From NCBI GenBank assembly GCA_964558905.1, contig CAZLGP010000232.1, positions 34,824 through 98,823 of the forward strand: 64,000 nucleotides of DNA. The letters are read 5' to 3'. This stretch comes from an uncultured Thermoanaerobaculia bacterium. GTDB taxonomy: Bacteria > Acidobacteriota > Thermoanaerobaculia > Gp7-AA8. Below the pieces are notes generated by a model. The model did no database searches and was not told the DNA's origin. It worked only from the letters and a program-made list of their open reading frames with translations. A program made the translations under genes and the position numbers. Positions 33,759 to 43,477 of the stretch are shown in pieces; position 1 is the first letter of the stretch, and every line of letters starts with the position of its first letter.

Positions 33759-34490
33759 ATGACCTGGATCGATGTGGCCACCTGGGCCACCCTCGGGATG
33801 TTGCCCCTGTTTCTCATCCTCGACGCCTTCTATCGCGCGCGGAAATACGACACGCCGCGTTTCTGGCGCGTGCGCGCGCTGGCGGTGGCGATCGTCGCGT
33901 TCGCTCTCTCGTTCGCGGTGCCGATGGTGTGGGCGCGCCTGCTCGGCGGGTGGACTCTGTTCGACCTCTCATTCCTCGGCATCGCCGGCGGCGCGGTCGT
34001 GGGCATCCTCATCTACGAGCTCGGGCACTACTGGTACCACCGCACCGTGCATCGCAACGATCAGCTCTGGCTGGCGTTCCACCAGATGCATCACAGCCCG
34101 GAGAGCCTCGACGCCTGGGGCGCGTACTACCTCGCGCCGACGGACGTGATCGGCTTCGTCACGCTGCAGACGCTCATCTTTGGACCGCTCCTCGGTCTGC
34201 CGGTGGGCGCCGTGGTGATCGGAAGCCTGTTCCTGACCTTCAACGCCGTGTTCCAGCATGCGAACCTGCGGACGCCGCGCTGGCTGGGCTACATCATTCA
34301 ACGGCCGGAGAGCCACGGTATCCACCACGAGCGCGGCGTGCACGCGTACAACTACAGCGACCTTCCGCTGTGGGACATGATCTTCGGCACGTACCGCAAC
34401 CCGGAGAGGTTCGAGGGGAAGGTGGGATTCTGGGATGGCGCGTCGTCGAAGGTGGGAGCGATGTTGCTGGCGAGGGATGTGAGCCGATAG
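33759..34490 (+). CDS. Sterol desaturase / fatty-acid hydroxylase family membrane protein
   Basis: Start MTWIDVATW (Met35). His boxes HYWYHRTVH, HQMHHSPE, HGIHHERG. Stop TAG 34488-34490 is the first unit of a 9-mer array. Confidence 0.8.
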   Translation: MTWIDVATWATLGMLPLFLILDAFYRARKYDTPRFWRVRALAVAIVAFALSFAVPMVWARLLGGWTLFDLSFLGIAGGAVVGILIYELGHYWYHRTVHRNDQLWLAFHQMHHSPESLDAWGAYYLAPTDVIGFVTLQTLIFGPLLGLPVGAVVIGSLFLTFNAVFQHANLRTPRWLGYIIQRPESHGIHHERGVHAYNYSDLPLWDMIFGTYRNPERFEGKVGFWDGASSKVGAMLLARDVSR

Positions 34491-34639
34491 GACGAATGGG
34501 ACGAATGGGACGAATGGGACGAATAGGACGAATGGGACGAATGGGACGAATGGGGAGTCTACCTATCCGTCCTATGGGTCCCATAGGTCCTATGAGTCCC
34601 ATGAGTCCCATGAGTCCCATGGGTCCTATGAGTCCTATC
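34488..34639. repeat. 9-mer inverted array D (hairpin)
   Basis: Seven forward units (TAGGACGAA/TGGGACGAA), centre TGGGGAGTCTACCTA near 34555, then about eight reverse units (TCCGTCCTA, TGGGTCCCA, TGAGTCCCA...). Confidence 0.9.
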
Positions 34640-34735
34640 GCCTATCTCCCGCAATGGTGCTGCTCGACCTCGACCTCGACGAAGAGGCTCGCATCGAGTG
34701 GGTTCTCTTCCTTCCGCCGCGCGCGGCATAAACTG

Positions 34736-35263
34736 ATGAGCACGATGAAAGTAGCATCTCTCGACGCACCGTCGCTAACGACCGACCGCCTGCTTCTGCG
34801 CATGCTGCAGGAGGCGGACTTCGAGGAGTACGCGGCCATCCATACCGACGCCGAGGTGACGAAGTACACGATGCGGACGCACCTGACTCGGATCGAGGCC
34901 TGGCGGCATCTCGCGGTGCTCGTCGGCCACTGGCACCTGCGCGGGTTCGGGATGTGGGGCGTGTTCGAGAAGAGCACCGGCGCGCTCGTCGGCCGGGTCG
35001 GATTCCATCAGCCCGACGGCTGGCCCGACTTCGAGCTCGGCTGGACGATCGGTCGCAACTGGTGGGGCAAGGGCTACGCATCCGAGGCCGCGAAGCGTTG
35101 CGTGGAGCTCGCGTTCGGCGAGATGGGGCGCGAGCACCTGATCAGCCTCATCGATCCGGAGAACGTCGCGTCGATCCGCGTAGCCGAACGGATCGGCGAG
35201 AGCCTCGAGGGGGAGGTTCAGCTGGGCGAGCACCGGTTGCTGATGTACGGAATCACCAGGTGA
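34736..35263 (+). CDS. GNAT family N-acetyltransferase (RimJ/RimL-like)
   Basis: In-frame tail of track ORF 33929..35263 from MSTMKVAS. Strings TDRLLLRMLQEADFEEY, GWTIGRNWWGKGYASEAAKRCVELAF, PENVASIRVAERIG. Confidence 0.8.
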   Translation: MSTMKVASLDAPSLTTDRLLLRMLQEADFEEYAAIHTDAEVTKYTMRTHLTRIEAWRHLAVLVGHWHLRGFGMWGVFEKSTGALVGRVGFHQPDGWPDFELGWTIGRNWWGKGYASEAAKRCVELAFGEMGREHLISLIDPENVASIRVAERIGESLEGEVQLGEHRLLMYGITR

Positions 35264-35328
35264 TGTGCCACTCGCGTCGATACAGAAGGATGTGATCGTC
35301 GCCTCGCAAGCGGGTACGATCGCGCCCC

Positions 35329-37731
35329 GTGAGCACTCCGACCATCCCCAAGCCGAAGCCAGGCAAACTCGATTCCGATGCGATCGTCGATACCTTCTCG
35401 CATCGGATGATGTATTCGGTCGCGCGAGACGAGTTCAACGCTACCGAGGAGAACGCGTACCAGGCGCTCGCTTACGCGGCGCGGGATCGCCTGATGGATC
35501 GCTGGTTCGAGACGCAGGACCGGTACTACCGCGAAGACGTGAAGCGCGTGTACTACCTCTCGCTCGAGTTCCTCCTTGGCCGGCTGCTGACGAATGCGGT
35601 CGTGAATCTCGGCGCGAAGGGGGAGTACGCCGCGGCCATGAAGCAGATCGGACTCGATCTCGAGCAGCTCGCCGAGCGCGAGCCGGACGCGGGGCTCGGC
35701 AACGGCGGCCTCGGACGTCTCGCGGCGTGCTTCCTCGACTCCGCGGCGACGCTTGGCTTGCCTTTCTACGGCTACGGGATCCGCTACGAGTACGGCATCT
35801 TCAACCAGCGCCTGAAAGACGGGCAGCAGATCGAGGCGCCCGACAACTGGCTGCGCTACGGCAATCCCTGGGAGGTCGCGCGACCGGACGTGCTCTTCCC
35901 GGTGAAGTTCTACGGCCGCGTCGAGAGCTACACCGACGCGATCGGACGCAGTCGCATGCGCTGGGTCGAGGCCCACGAGGTGTATGCGATGGCGTACGAC
36001 ATCCCCGCACCCGGATACAGGAACGACGTCGTGAACTCCCTGCGTCTGTGGGGCGCGAAGTCGAGCCGCGAGTTCGATCTCGAGAAGTTCATCGCCGGCG
36101 CGTACGTCGCCGCCGTCGAGGACAAGACCTCGACTGAGAACATCTCCAAGGTGCTCTACCCGCCCGACGATCAGTACGCGGGCCGCGAGCTGCGGCTCAA
36201 ACAGCAGTACTTCTTCACCTCGGCGACCATCCAGGACATCCTCCGCCGCTTCCGCAAACACCATCCGGACGAGTGGCAGCGGCTTCCCGAGAAAGTGGCC
36301 ATCCAGCTCAACGACACCCATCCGGCGATCGCCATCCCGGAGATGATGCGCGTGCTCGTCGACGAGGAAGCGCTGGACTGGGAGGCGGCTTGGTGGATCT
36401 GCGAGCGCGTGTTCGCGTACACGAACCACACCGTGTTGCCCGAGGCGCTGGAGTCGTGGTCGCGTGAGCTCATGGGACGCCTGCTCCCGCGACACCTGCA
36501 GATCATCGAAGAGATCGACCGCCGCTTCCGCGCCGTCATTGTCCTGGCGCATCCGGGCGACGAGACGAAGGTGCGGCGGATGGCGATCCTCGACGAGCAC
36601 AACGTGCGGATGGCCAACCTGGCGATCGTCGGCTCGCACTCGGTGAACGGCGTGGCCCGGCTGCACAGCGAGATCCTGAAGTCACGGATCTTTCCGGAAT
36701 TCGCGCGGCTCTACCCGAAGAAGTTCAACAACAAAACGAACGGCATCACGCCCCGACGCTGGCTGCTGCAGGCCAACCCGGAGCTGACGGAGCTCATCGA
36801 CTCGGCCATCGGCGACCGGTGGCACGCGGACCTCGACCGTCTGCGCGAGCTGGAGTCGTTCGTGGAGGTTCCGTCGTTCCGCGAGAGCTGGCACCGGGTG
36901 AAGCTCGAGCGGAAGCGGCACCTCGACCGGTGGCTGCGCCGCTGCTTCCGCATCGACGTCGATCCGGAGTCGCTGTTCGACGTGCAGATCAAGCGGATGC
37001 ACGAGTACAAGCGCCAGCTTCTGAACGCGATGCACGTCATCGCCCTCCATCACCGTCTCCTCGAGGGGCAGGAGTGTCCGCCGCGCACGGTGATCTTCGG
37101 AGGGAAAGCGGCGCCGAGCTACTTCATCGCGAAGCTGATCATCAAGCTGATCCACGACGTCGGGACGCTCATCCGCGCGAATCCGTTCGTGTCGCAGCGC
37201 CTCAACGTCGTCTTCGTGCCGAACTACAACGTCACGGCCGCGGAGGTGCTGTTCCCGGCGACGGAGCTCTCCGAGCAGATCTCGACCGCGGGCACGGAGG
37301 CCTCCGGAACGGGGTGCATGAAGGCGGTGCTCAACGGCGCGGTCCTCATCGGAACGCTCGACGGCGCGAACATCGAGATCCGCGAGCAGGTCGGAGAGGA
37401 GAACCTGTTCGTCTTCGGCCACACGGCCGAGGAGATCGCGTCGATGAATCCTGGCGATCACGCGCCGAGCGCGGAGCTCGATGCGGTGATCAACCACATC
37501 GCGGAGATGAGCGGCGGCATCTTCCGCCCGATCGTGGACATCCTCCGCGGCGACGACCGCTACTTCCATTGCGCGGACTTCACCTCGTACGTCGAGACGC
37601 AGCAGCGCGCGGCGGAGGCGTGGGCGGATCGCGAGCGATGGACGCGCATGTCGATCCTGAACACGGCCCGCAGCGGGTTCTTCTCGGCGGACCGCACGGT
37701 CGCGCAGTACGCCAAGGAGATCTGGGCTTAA
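35329..37731 (+). CDS. glgP: Glycogen/alpha-glucan phosphorylase
   Basis: 800 aa. Strings YLSLEFLLGRLL, GLGNGGLGRLAACFLDS, TNHTVLPEALE, ISTAGTEASGTGCMKAVLNGA (PLP-Lys region). Confidence 0.9.
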   Translation: MSTPTIPKPKPGKLDSDAIVDTFSHRMMYSVARDEFNATEENAYQALAYAARDRLMDRWFETQDRYYREDVKRVYYLSLEFLLGRLLTNAVVNLGAKGEYAAAMKQIGLDLEQLAEREPDAGLGNGGLGRLAACFLDSAATLGLPFYGYGIRYEYGIFNQRLKDGQQIEAPDNWLRYGNPWEVARPDVLFPVKFYGRVESYTDAIGRSRMRWVEAHEVYAMAYDIPAPGYRNDVVNSLRLWGAKSSREFDLEKFIAGAYVAAVEDKTSTENISKVLYPPDDQYAGRELRLKQQYFFTSATIQDILRRFRKHHPDEWQRLPEKVAIQLNDTHPAIAIPEMMRVLVDEEALDWEAAWWICERVFAYTNHTVLPEALESWSRELMGRLLPRHLQIIEEIDRRFRAVIVLAHPGDETKVRRMAILDEHNVRMANLAIVGSHSVNGVARLHSEILKSRIFPEFARLYPKKFNNKTNGITPRRWLLQANPELTELIDSAIGDRWHADLDRLRELESFVEVPSFRESWHRVKLERKRHLDRWLRRCFRIDVDPESLFDVQIKRMHEYKRQLLNAMHVIALHHRLLEGQECPPRTVIFGGKAAPSYFIAKLIIKLIHDVGTLIRANPFVSQRLNVVFVPNYNVTAAEVLFPATELSEQISTAGTEASGTGCMKAVLNGAVLIGTLDGANIEIREQVGEENLFVFGHTAEEIASMNPGDHAPSAELDAVINHIAEMSGGIFRPIVDILRGDDRYFHCADFTSYVETQQRAAEAWADRERWTRMSILNTARSGFFSADRTVAQYAKEIWA

Positions 37732-37776
37732 TGTGGGTGTCATCCTGAGCCGCGCAGGCGGTCGCCGCACTCCACA

Positions 37777-38757
37777 TCACATCGCCGGTGGTGCCGGCTT
37801 CAACTTCGTGATCAGCGCCTCCAGCCGTGCTCGAGCCTCGGTCTGCTCGTCGAGCGTGCCGCTGAGCATCCGCGCGATGTCGGAGAGCTCTTTCGTGACG
37901 TCCGGCGTGGCGTCACCGAGGTTGATCGAGCCGGTGGTCGTGCCGCCTTCCGCCATCTGCTTGCGGACGCGGGCCGCCTCTTCCTGTTCGGCGGTGCGTT
38001 TCTCCAGCTCGCCGGGCAGCGTGAGGATGGCCTCGTCGATGATGTTCTTGATCGCGCCGCGGTTCATGTCGCGCTCGGCCGTGAGCTCCCGCACCTGCAG
38101 GAGCTTGGTCACCGCCGGGTAGTACGGACTGTTGGGATCGTCGATGAGCTTCGCCTGGACGAGCGCCACCTCGGCCACCGCGGCCTTGCCGCCGGTCTCG
38201 ACGCCCAGCTCCGCGGTCGCCTTCACCGACTTGCCGATCTCCGGCAGCGGTACACCGGTCGCGTCGCCGGGATTCACCCACGCGGCCACCGGGATCTCGT
38301 GATGCGAGATCCTGCCGTCGAAGCCCGTGGACTCGACGAGGATGTTCCGCACCCACACGCGGTTGTTCGCCGAAAACGTCCCCCGCTTCCGGGGCACGGT
38401 CACTTCGACGCGGTAGCCATTCGAGCCGGTGACCATCACGTAGCGGAGCTCACTCTCCGTGTACACGCGCTCGATCGTCTTCTCGTCTTTCACGCGACCG
38501 CCTTCTTCGCGCTGCAGGGAGGCCCACTGGTACGTTCCGTCTTCCCGCGGCATGCGCAGCGTCTCGACGTCGCTGTCGACGATCGCCAGCAGCACCTGCC
38601 GCGAGTCGGGGAGATTGTTCGCGACCGACGTCACGCGGCCGAGGGCGTGCAGGTCGTTCGCGAGCATCTCGATGTTCTTGTCGGCCACGGCCGGATCGAG
38701 AGCCAGGGAGGGGAATGCCAGGAGGAGGAGAACCGGGACGAGGGCGAAGCGATCCAT
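37777..38757 (-). CDS. Hypothetical secreted protein
   Basis: Signal peptide MDRFALVPVLLLLAFPSLALD. 326 aa with no motif recognised. Confidence 0.6.
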   Translation of the reverse strand: MDRFALVPVLLLLAFPSLALDPAVADKNIEMLANDLHALGRVTSVANNLPDSRQVLLAIVDSDVETLRMPREDGTYQWASLQREEGGRVKDEKTIERVYTESELRYVMVTGSNGYRVEVTVPRKRGTFSANNRVWVRNILVESTGFDGRISHHEIPVAAWVNPGDATGVPLPEIGKSVKATAELGVETGGKAAVAEVALVQAKLIDDPNSPYYPAVTKLLQVRELTAERDMNRGAIKNIIDEAILTLPGELEKRTAEQEEAARVRKQMAEGGTTTGSINLGDATPDVTKELSDIARMLSGTLDEQTEARARLEALITKLKPAPPAM

Positions 38758-38810
38758 TTGTTGCCTCCGTGTTGGTTTTGAGAGGAGTGCATGTTACATG
38801 AACGGTCTTG

Positions 38811-38853
38811 ACCAGTAGCCAGTAGACCCCGCCAACCGCCAACCGCCAACCGG
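38811..38853. repeat. Heptamer array H6 (single arm)
   Basis: ACCAGTAGCCAGTAGACCCCGCCAACCGCCAACCGCCAACCGG, in the divergent intergenic region. Confidence 0.8.
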
Positions 38854-38909
38854 AAGAACCGATGTAACGAATTCTCCTCTGGCGTCACTAATCGGCAGTG
38901 GAGGATCTC

Positions 38910-41840
38910 ATGCGTCCGGTCGTCCGTCTCGTTTTCGCGTTGTTGATTCTCGTATCGGTGCGTTGTGCGCACCAGCAGGCCTGGACCGCGCCAGGTGTGA
39001 AACTCACTGTCGCAGATCCCGCGGGGATTGCACCGAGATCGCTCGAACAGCTCGAGATCGGCGATTCGCTGTCCGCCGGGATCTCCGGTGCGACGCCGAA
39101 CGTCCCCGTCGAGTTCCTGCTCGAGGACGAGCGTGGACGGGAATGGTCGTACATGCGCATGCGGAGCGACGCGCGTGGCAACGTCGAGCCGACGCTGTTC
39201 TGGTATCAGTCAGGCGTCATCGGCACCACGCTGCGCGAGATCGCATTCCGCCCCGACCCGGCGTTCACCACGTTCGAGGAGGCGGATCGCTTCTTCGCCG
39301 AGAACGCCCTTCGTCTCACGGTGCGGGAAGCGTCCGGACGCGAGCTCGCGCGGCAGAGCTTCCGTCCGCGTCCGCGAAGCACGCCGTTCGTCTATCCGTC
39401 GAATGCCAAAGGAATCCTCGAGAATGCCGTCGATGTGCGTCGTGAAGACCTGCACGTCAGCGGCCGCAACTTCCCGGCCGGCGCCACGGTGAATCTGTTC
39501 GTCGTTCCGAATCGCTTCGCCTGGCGCGCCGGCGATCCGCTCGAGGCGCCGGAAGGCGCGGTCCGGACGATCCGGCTCGGCGCCGGGGAGACCAGCTTCA
39601 CCACGCAGGTGTGGGATCGCCGCCTGGCACGTCCCGGCGCGTACGACATCGTCGCCCGCATCGGCGAGATGGGCCGCCCGGTGCTGAGGCCCGACGACAT
39701 CGTCTCCTTCGGCGAGGACACGGGCGTGCTGATGTACATCATCATCAACGGCAACATCGTCATCGACGCGGCGGGACGGATGAAGGATTCGCCCGCGTAC
39801 TTCGAGTTCTCCGACGCCTTCGAGAAGGGGCAGGACGTGTACGCCGCGGTCGATCCCAGCGACGTCCCGGCCATGCATCCCGGCGGCAACTACGCCGCGT
39901 ACTGGGTCGTCGCCGATCAGCCGGAGGCATACTGGGACGGCGTGTCGCCGGCGCTCGTCGATGTGTCGTCGGATGGACGAAACATCGCCCGCGTGAAGTA
40001 CTTCTGCATCAACGGCACGCGCTTCAAGATCTGGCCCGCCGCGACCCAGGTTGCGCCAATGGCCGCATACGACGTGGTCGTCGATTTCGGCTCCGTGCCG
40101 GCGAACGTACACACCGATTTCGTCGACGACAACACCTACGACAAGGGCATCGACTTCATCGACGGATACGACACCGCGGGATTTTGGGTGTTCGAAGATC
40201 CTGGATCGGTGGGACCGATGCCGGTCGGAACGGTCGAGTACCTCGACCCGAACGGCATCTCCGGCATCACGGACCCGGAGGGCATTGAAGGCCCGACACA
40301 GCCGGTGACGCTGGGGTGGGCGAGGATCATGTATCCCGCGACGGTGGCCGGTACCGGCCAGCCGGTCGCCGCGGGGGGCCCGTTCCCCATCGCGCTGTTC
40401 CTGCACGGCCGCCACCATCGCTGTGACAACGATGGTGCGGGACCGGGGCTCACGGGCAGCACCATACAGCCCTGTCCTCAGAACCAGCGCCATCCGAGTC
40501 ACGAGGGCTACAACTACATCATGGAGCGCCTCGCGAGCCATGGGATCTTCTCGATCTCGATCAACGCGTACGACATCCAGCCCGGCCTCGGCCAGTGGGA
40601 CTACAGCTCGCGCGGACGGCTCGTGCTGAAGTTCCTCGACAAGTTGCGCGACTGGACGAATGCACCGGTCGATCCGTTCGGCGGGATCTTCAACGGTCAG
40701 CTCGACATGACACGCATCGCGCTGTCCGGGCACAGCCGCGGCGGCGAGGGCGTCGTGTCGGCGCAGCAGCTCAACGCGAACTGGCCGATGCCGCACTCGA
40801 TCGTCGCGGTCAACACGATTGCGCCGACCGATCAAGACTCGGTGTCGTGGGTTCCGGCGTCGACGTTCTTCCTCCTCATCGGCGCGCGCGACGGGGACCT
40901 GGACAACATGCAGGGCTTCCGCACGTACGACCGCGCGTTCCCCGACGGCATGATGAACCGCAAGCCGAAGGCGATCGCATGGGTCTACGGCGCGAATCAC
41001 AACTACTTCAATACCGTCTGGACGCCGACCGCGGAGCTCGGGACTCCGAACCCATGGTCGGGCTCCGTCGACGACTGTTTCGCGGGCGGATGTGGATCGC
41101 CCATCTCGGGCGCGGCACAGCGGCAGATCGGCTTGACGACGATCTCCGCGTTCTTCCGCTGGCAGTTGCAGGGCATCACCCAGTACCGCGAGATCCTGAC
41201 GGGAATCGTGCGGCCGGCGGCGATGGACAACGACAAGATCTTCTGGACGCTGCAGGATCCCGATCGCAAGGCCGTCGACAACTTCGAGCAGACGCCGTTC
41301 ACCACGGCGACCAATACGCTCATGGGACCGGCGAGTGCACCAGGATTCACGACGTTCGCCGAGGCGCTGCTCAATGCCGATTCGACCGACTACGCGGTGA
41401 CGCCCGCCACGACCGACTCGAGCTTCCGCCACGACACGATCGGCCTCAAGCTGGCGTGGGCTGCACCGCAGACGTACACGACCGAGATTCCGGCGGGACC
41501 GCATCGCGACGTGAGCGCGTTCACCCACCTCACGCTCCGCGCGGCGAAGAAAGTCACGGGAGCGGTGGTGCCCGGACCGGATGTGCGCCTGTTCGTGAGC
41601 GTCGAGGACAACATGGGACGCACGGGCACGACCGCCTGGTCGAGTCAGTTCGGCCGCATCCCGCATCCGTTCACCGGCAGCGAGGACCCGAACCTCGCGC
41701 AGATGTCGGGGATCCGCATCCCGCTGCGCCTGTTCACCCGCAACAACTCCGAGGTGGATTTGACGAACATCGTTCGGATTCGCATCCGGACCGAGGGTGC
41801 CGGGGAAATCGGAATCGACGACGTGGAGTTTGGAAAGTGA
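38910..41840 (+). CDS. Large secreted protein with embedded alpha/beta (serine) hydrolase-like region
   Basis: ATG 38910 with GGAGG 5 nt upstream. Signal MRPVVRLVFALLILVSV. GxSxG context IALSGHSRGGEGV preceded by FPIALFLHGRHH. 976 aa. Confidence 0.7.
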   Translation: MRPVVRLVFALLILVSVRCAHQQAWTAPGVKLTVADPAGIAPRSLEQLEIGDSLSAGISGATPNVPVEFLLEDERGREWSYMRMRSDARGNVEPTLFWYQSGVIGTTLREIAFRPDPAFTTFEEADRFFAENALRLTVREASGRELARQSFRPRPRSTPFVYPSNAKGILENAVDVRREDLHVSGRNFPAGATVNLFVVPNRFAWRAGDPLEAPEGAVRTIRLGAGETSFTTQVWDRRLARPGAYDIVARIGEMGRPVLRPDDIVSFGEDTGVLMYIIINGNIVIDAAGRMKDSPAYFEFSDAFEKGQDVYAAVDPSDVPAMHPGGNYAAYWVVADQPEAYWDGVSPALVDVSSDGRNIARVKYFCINGTRFKIWPAATQVAPMAAYDVVVDFGSVPANVHTDFVDDNTYDKGIDFIDGYDTAGFWVFEDPGSVGPMPVGTVEYLDPNGISGITDPEGIEGPTQPVTLGWARIMYPATVAGTGQPVAAGGPFPIALFLHGRHHRCDNDGAGPGLTGSTIQPCPQNQRHPSHEGYNYIMERLASHGIFSISINAYDIQPGLGQWDYSSRGRLVLKFLDKLRDWTNAPVDPFGGIFNGQLDMTRIALSGHSRGGEGVVSAQQLNANWPMPHSIVAVNTIAPTDQDSVSWVPASTFFLLIGARDGDLDNMQGFRTYDRAFPDGMMNRKPKAIAWVYGANHNYFNTVWTPTAELGTPNPWSGSVDDCFAGGCGSPISGAAQRQIGLTTISAFFRWQLQGITQYREILTGIVRPAAMDNDKIFWTLQDPDRKAVDNFEQTPFTTATNTLMGPASAPGFTTFAEALLNADSTDYAVTPATTDSSFRHDTIGLKLAWAAPQTYTTEIPAGPHRDVSAFTHLTLRAAKKVTGAVVPGPDVRLFVSVEDNMGRTGTTAWSSQFGRIPHPFTGSEDPNLAQMSGIRIPLRLFTRNNSEVDLTNIVRIRIRTEGAGEIGIDDVEFGK

Positions 41841-41848
41841 GACCAGCC

Positions 41849-42307
41849 ATGCGACAGCTCATCGGATTTCTCGCCCTGACGACGATGATGTGCGCCAGTG
41901 CACCCACGACCGCGCAGACGACGGCAAAACCGGCGCGCGTGGATCGCACGGAAGTGCCGTTCCGCATCGCGACCGCCGAGGTGCAGCGTTTCGAGCGCGC
42001 CTTGCCGTCGCGCAAAGGGGAGTACCGCGAGGCACTCGTGCTGCGCATCGAGGCCGCGGTGGCCGATTACGAAGCGCTGCAGCCCGCGAAGGAGGCCTTT
42101 CTCTACGTAGGCCGCCACGAGCTCCGGCCGATCGATTTCCAGTGGGGGAAAGAACGCGTGATCGTCACGTTCCACGATCCGGAGTGGCGCGAGCTCCGCG
42201 GCGGTGAGCCGATGGTGCTGACGACCGAGCACGGCGAGCCGTTGCGGAATCCGGAGAAGTACCGTCAGGCGCAGCGATTCGACCGCGGGCTGATCGGTAG
42301 CCGGTAG
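41849..42307 (+). CDS. Hypothetical secreted protein
   Basis: In-frame tail of track ORF 40595..42307 from MRQLIGFLALTTMMCASAPTTAQ (signal). 152 aa. Its stop TAG lies inside the heptamer array. Confidence 0.55.
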   Translation: MRQLIGFLALTTMMCASAPTTAQTTAKPARVDRTEVPFRIATAEVQRFERALPSRKGEYREALVLRIEAAVADYEALQPAKEAFLYVGRHELRPIDFQWGKERVIVTFHDPEWRELRGGEPMVLTTEHGEPLRNPEKYRQAQRFDRGLIGSR

Positions 42308-42541
42308 CCGTTGGCGGTTGGCGGTTGGCGGTAGCCGATTGGCGAGGGTACGCACTGGCGATACCGCCCCTCGGCAACGGCTACTGGCTGGCTACTGGCA
42401 AGTGGCTACTGGCTGGCAACCGGCAACTGGCAACTAGCAACTGGCAACTAGCAACTAGCAACTAGCAACTAGCAACTAGCAACCGGCTACTGGCTACTGG
42501 CTACCGCCAACCGCCAACCGCCAACCGTCCACCGCCCACCC
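42297..42541. repeat. Heptamer inverted array H7 with graded unit variants
   Basis: GGTAGCC GGTAGCC GTTGGCG x3 ... spacer ... GCTACTG, GCAACCG, GCAACTG, (GCAACTA)x5, GCTACTG x2, (CCGCCAA)x3. Fills the whole gap between two convergent stops. Confidence 0.9.
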
Positions 42542-43456
42542 CTACGCCAGCGAAGCGGTTGCCCGTCTCAGTACGTCCGCCGACGCGTGGAGCCGCGCGC
42601 GCTCCTCGTCCGACATCTCCGGCTCGATGATCGACGTCGCGCCGTCCACGTCGACGACGGCGGGGAGCGACAGCGCGACGCCGCGGATGTCGCACGCGCC
42701 TTCCTGCACGCGCGACACCGTGAGCACCCGCCGGTCGCCGCGGAGGATGTACTTGAGCAGCGCGGCGGTCACGAGTCCGATGGCGTGATTCGTCGCTCCT
42801 TTGCGTTTGATGATCTCGTACGCGGCCGTGCGCACGCGGCCGGCGATGTTCGCCTCGTGCGTCTGAGTCCAGCCGGGCCAGTTGCGGAGTCCGCGGCCTC
42901 CGATGTTCGCATCGGACCAGAGCACGACCTCGGAGTCGCCGTGCTCGCCGACGACCTGTGCATGGACGGAGCGTGGGTCGACGTGCAGCTGCTGGCCGAG
43001 GATCTGGCGGAGGCGCGCGGTGTCGAGCATCGTGCCGGTCCCGATGACGCGTGACGGCGGCAGCCCCGAGGCCTCGGTCATGACCGCGGTGAGGACGTCG
43101 ACGGGATTCGTGACCATGACGATGATGCCGCGGTATCCGGCGAGCCTTTGGGCGATGCCGCGCACGATCTCGGCGTTGTCGCGCAGCAGGTCTAGGCGAG
43201 ACTCGCCGGGACGTCCGCCGCGTCCGGCGGTGACGACGATTGCGCCGCACTCGCGCATCCCTTCGATCGAGGACGTGCGCACGCTCGCGGGCGGATAGAA
43301 TGGCGCGCCGTGCGCGAGGTCCATCGCGTCCCCCTCGGCGACCTCCTCCCGCACATCGTGCAGGAGCATTTCCGCCGCCACGCCCGCATGAAGCGTGGAG
43401 ATGGCCACGCTCGATCCAACCCAACCCGTGCCGATGATTCCGACGCTCGTTCGCAT
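42542..43456 (-). CDS. ldh: L-lactate dehydrogenase
   Basis: Strings VGIIGTGWVGSS, IVMVTNPVDVLT, VVGEHGDSEVVLWS. 304 aa. Confidence 0.85.
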   Translation of the reverse strand: MRTSVGIIGTGWVGSSVAISTLHAGVAAEMLLHDVREEVAEGDAMDLAHGAPFYPPASVRTSSIEGMRECGAIVVTAGRGGRPGESRLDLLRDNAEIVRGIAQRLAGYRGIIVMVTNPVDVLTAVMTEASGLPPSRVIGTGTMLDTARLRQILGQQLHVDPRSVHAQVVGEHGDSEVVLWSDANIGGRGLRNWPGWTQTHEANIAGRVRTAAYEIIKRKGATNHAIGLVTAALLKYILRGDRRVLTVSRVQEGACDIRGVALSLPAVVDVDGATSIIEPEMSDEERARLHASADVLRRATASLA

Positions 43457-43477
43457 GGTGGTAGCTTCTCACGGCTC

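Noticed and set aside
42297-42541. Possible CRISPR arrays at the repeat-rich loci.
   Set aside because: Repeat periods are 7, 9, 24 or 89 nt with no unique spacers of 25-40 nt. There are no cas genes in the window.
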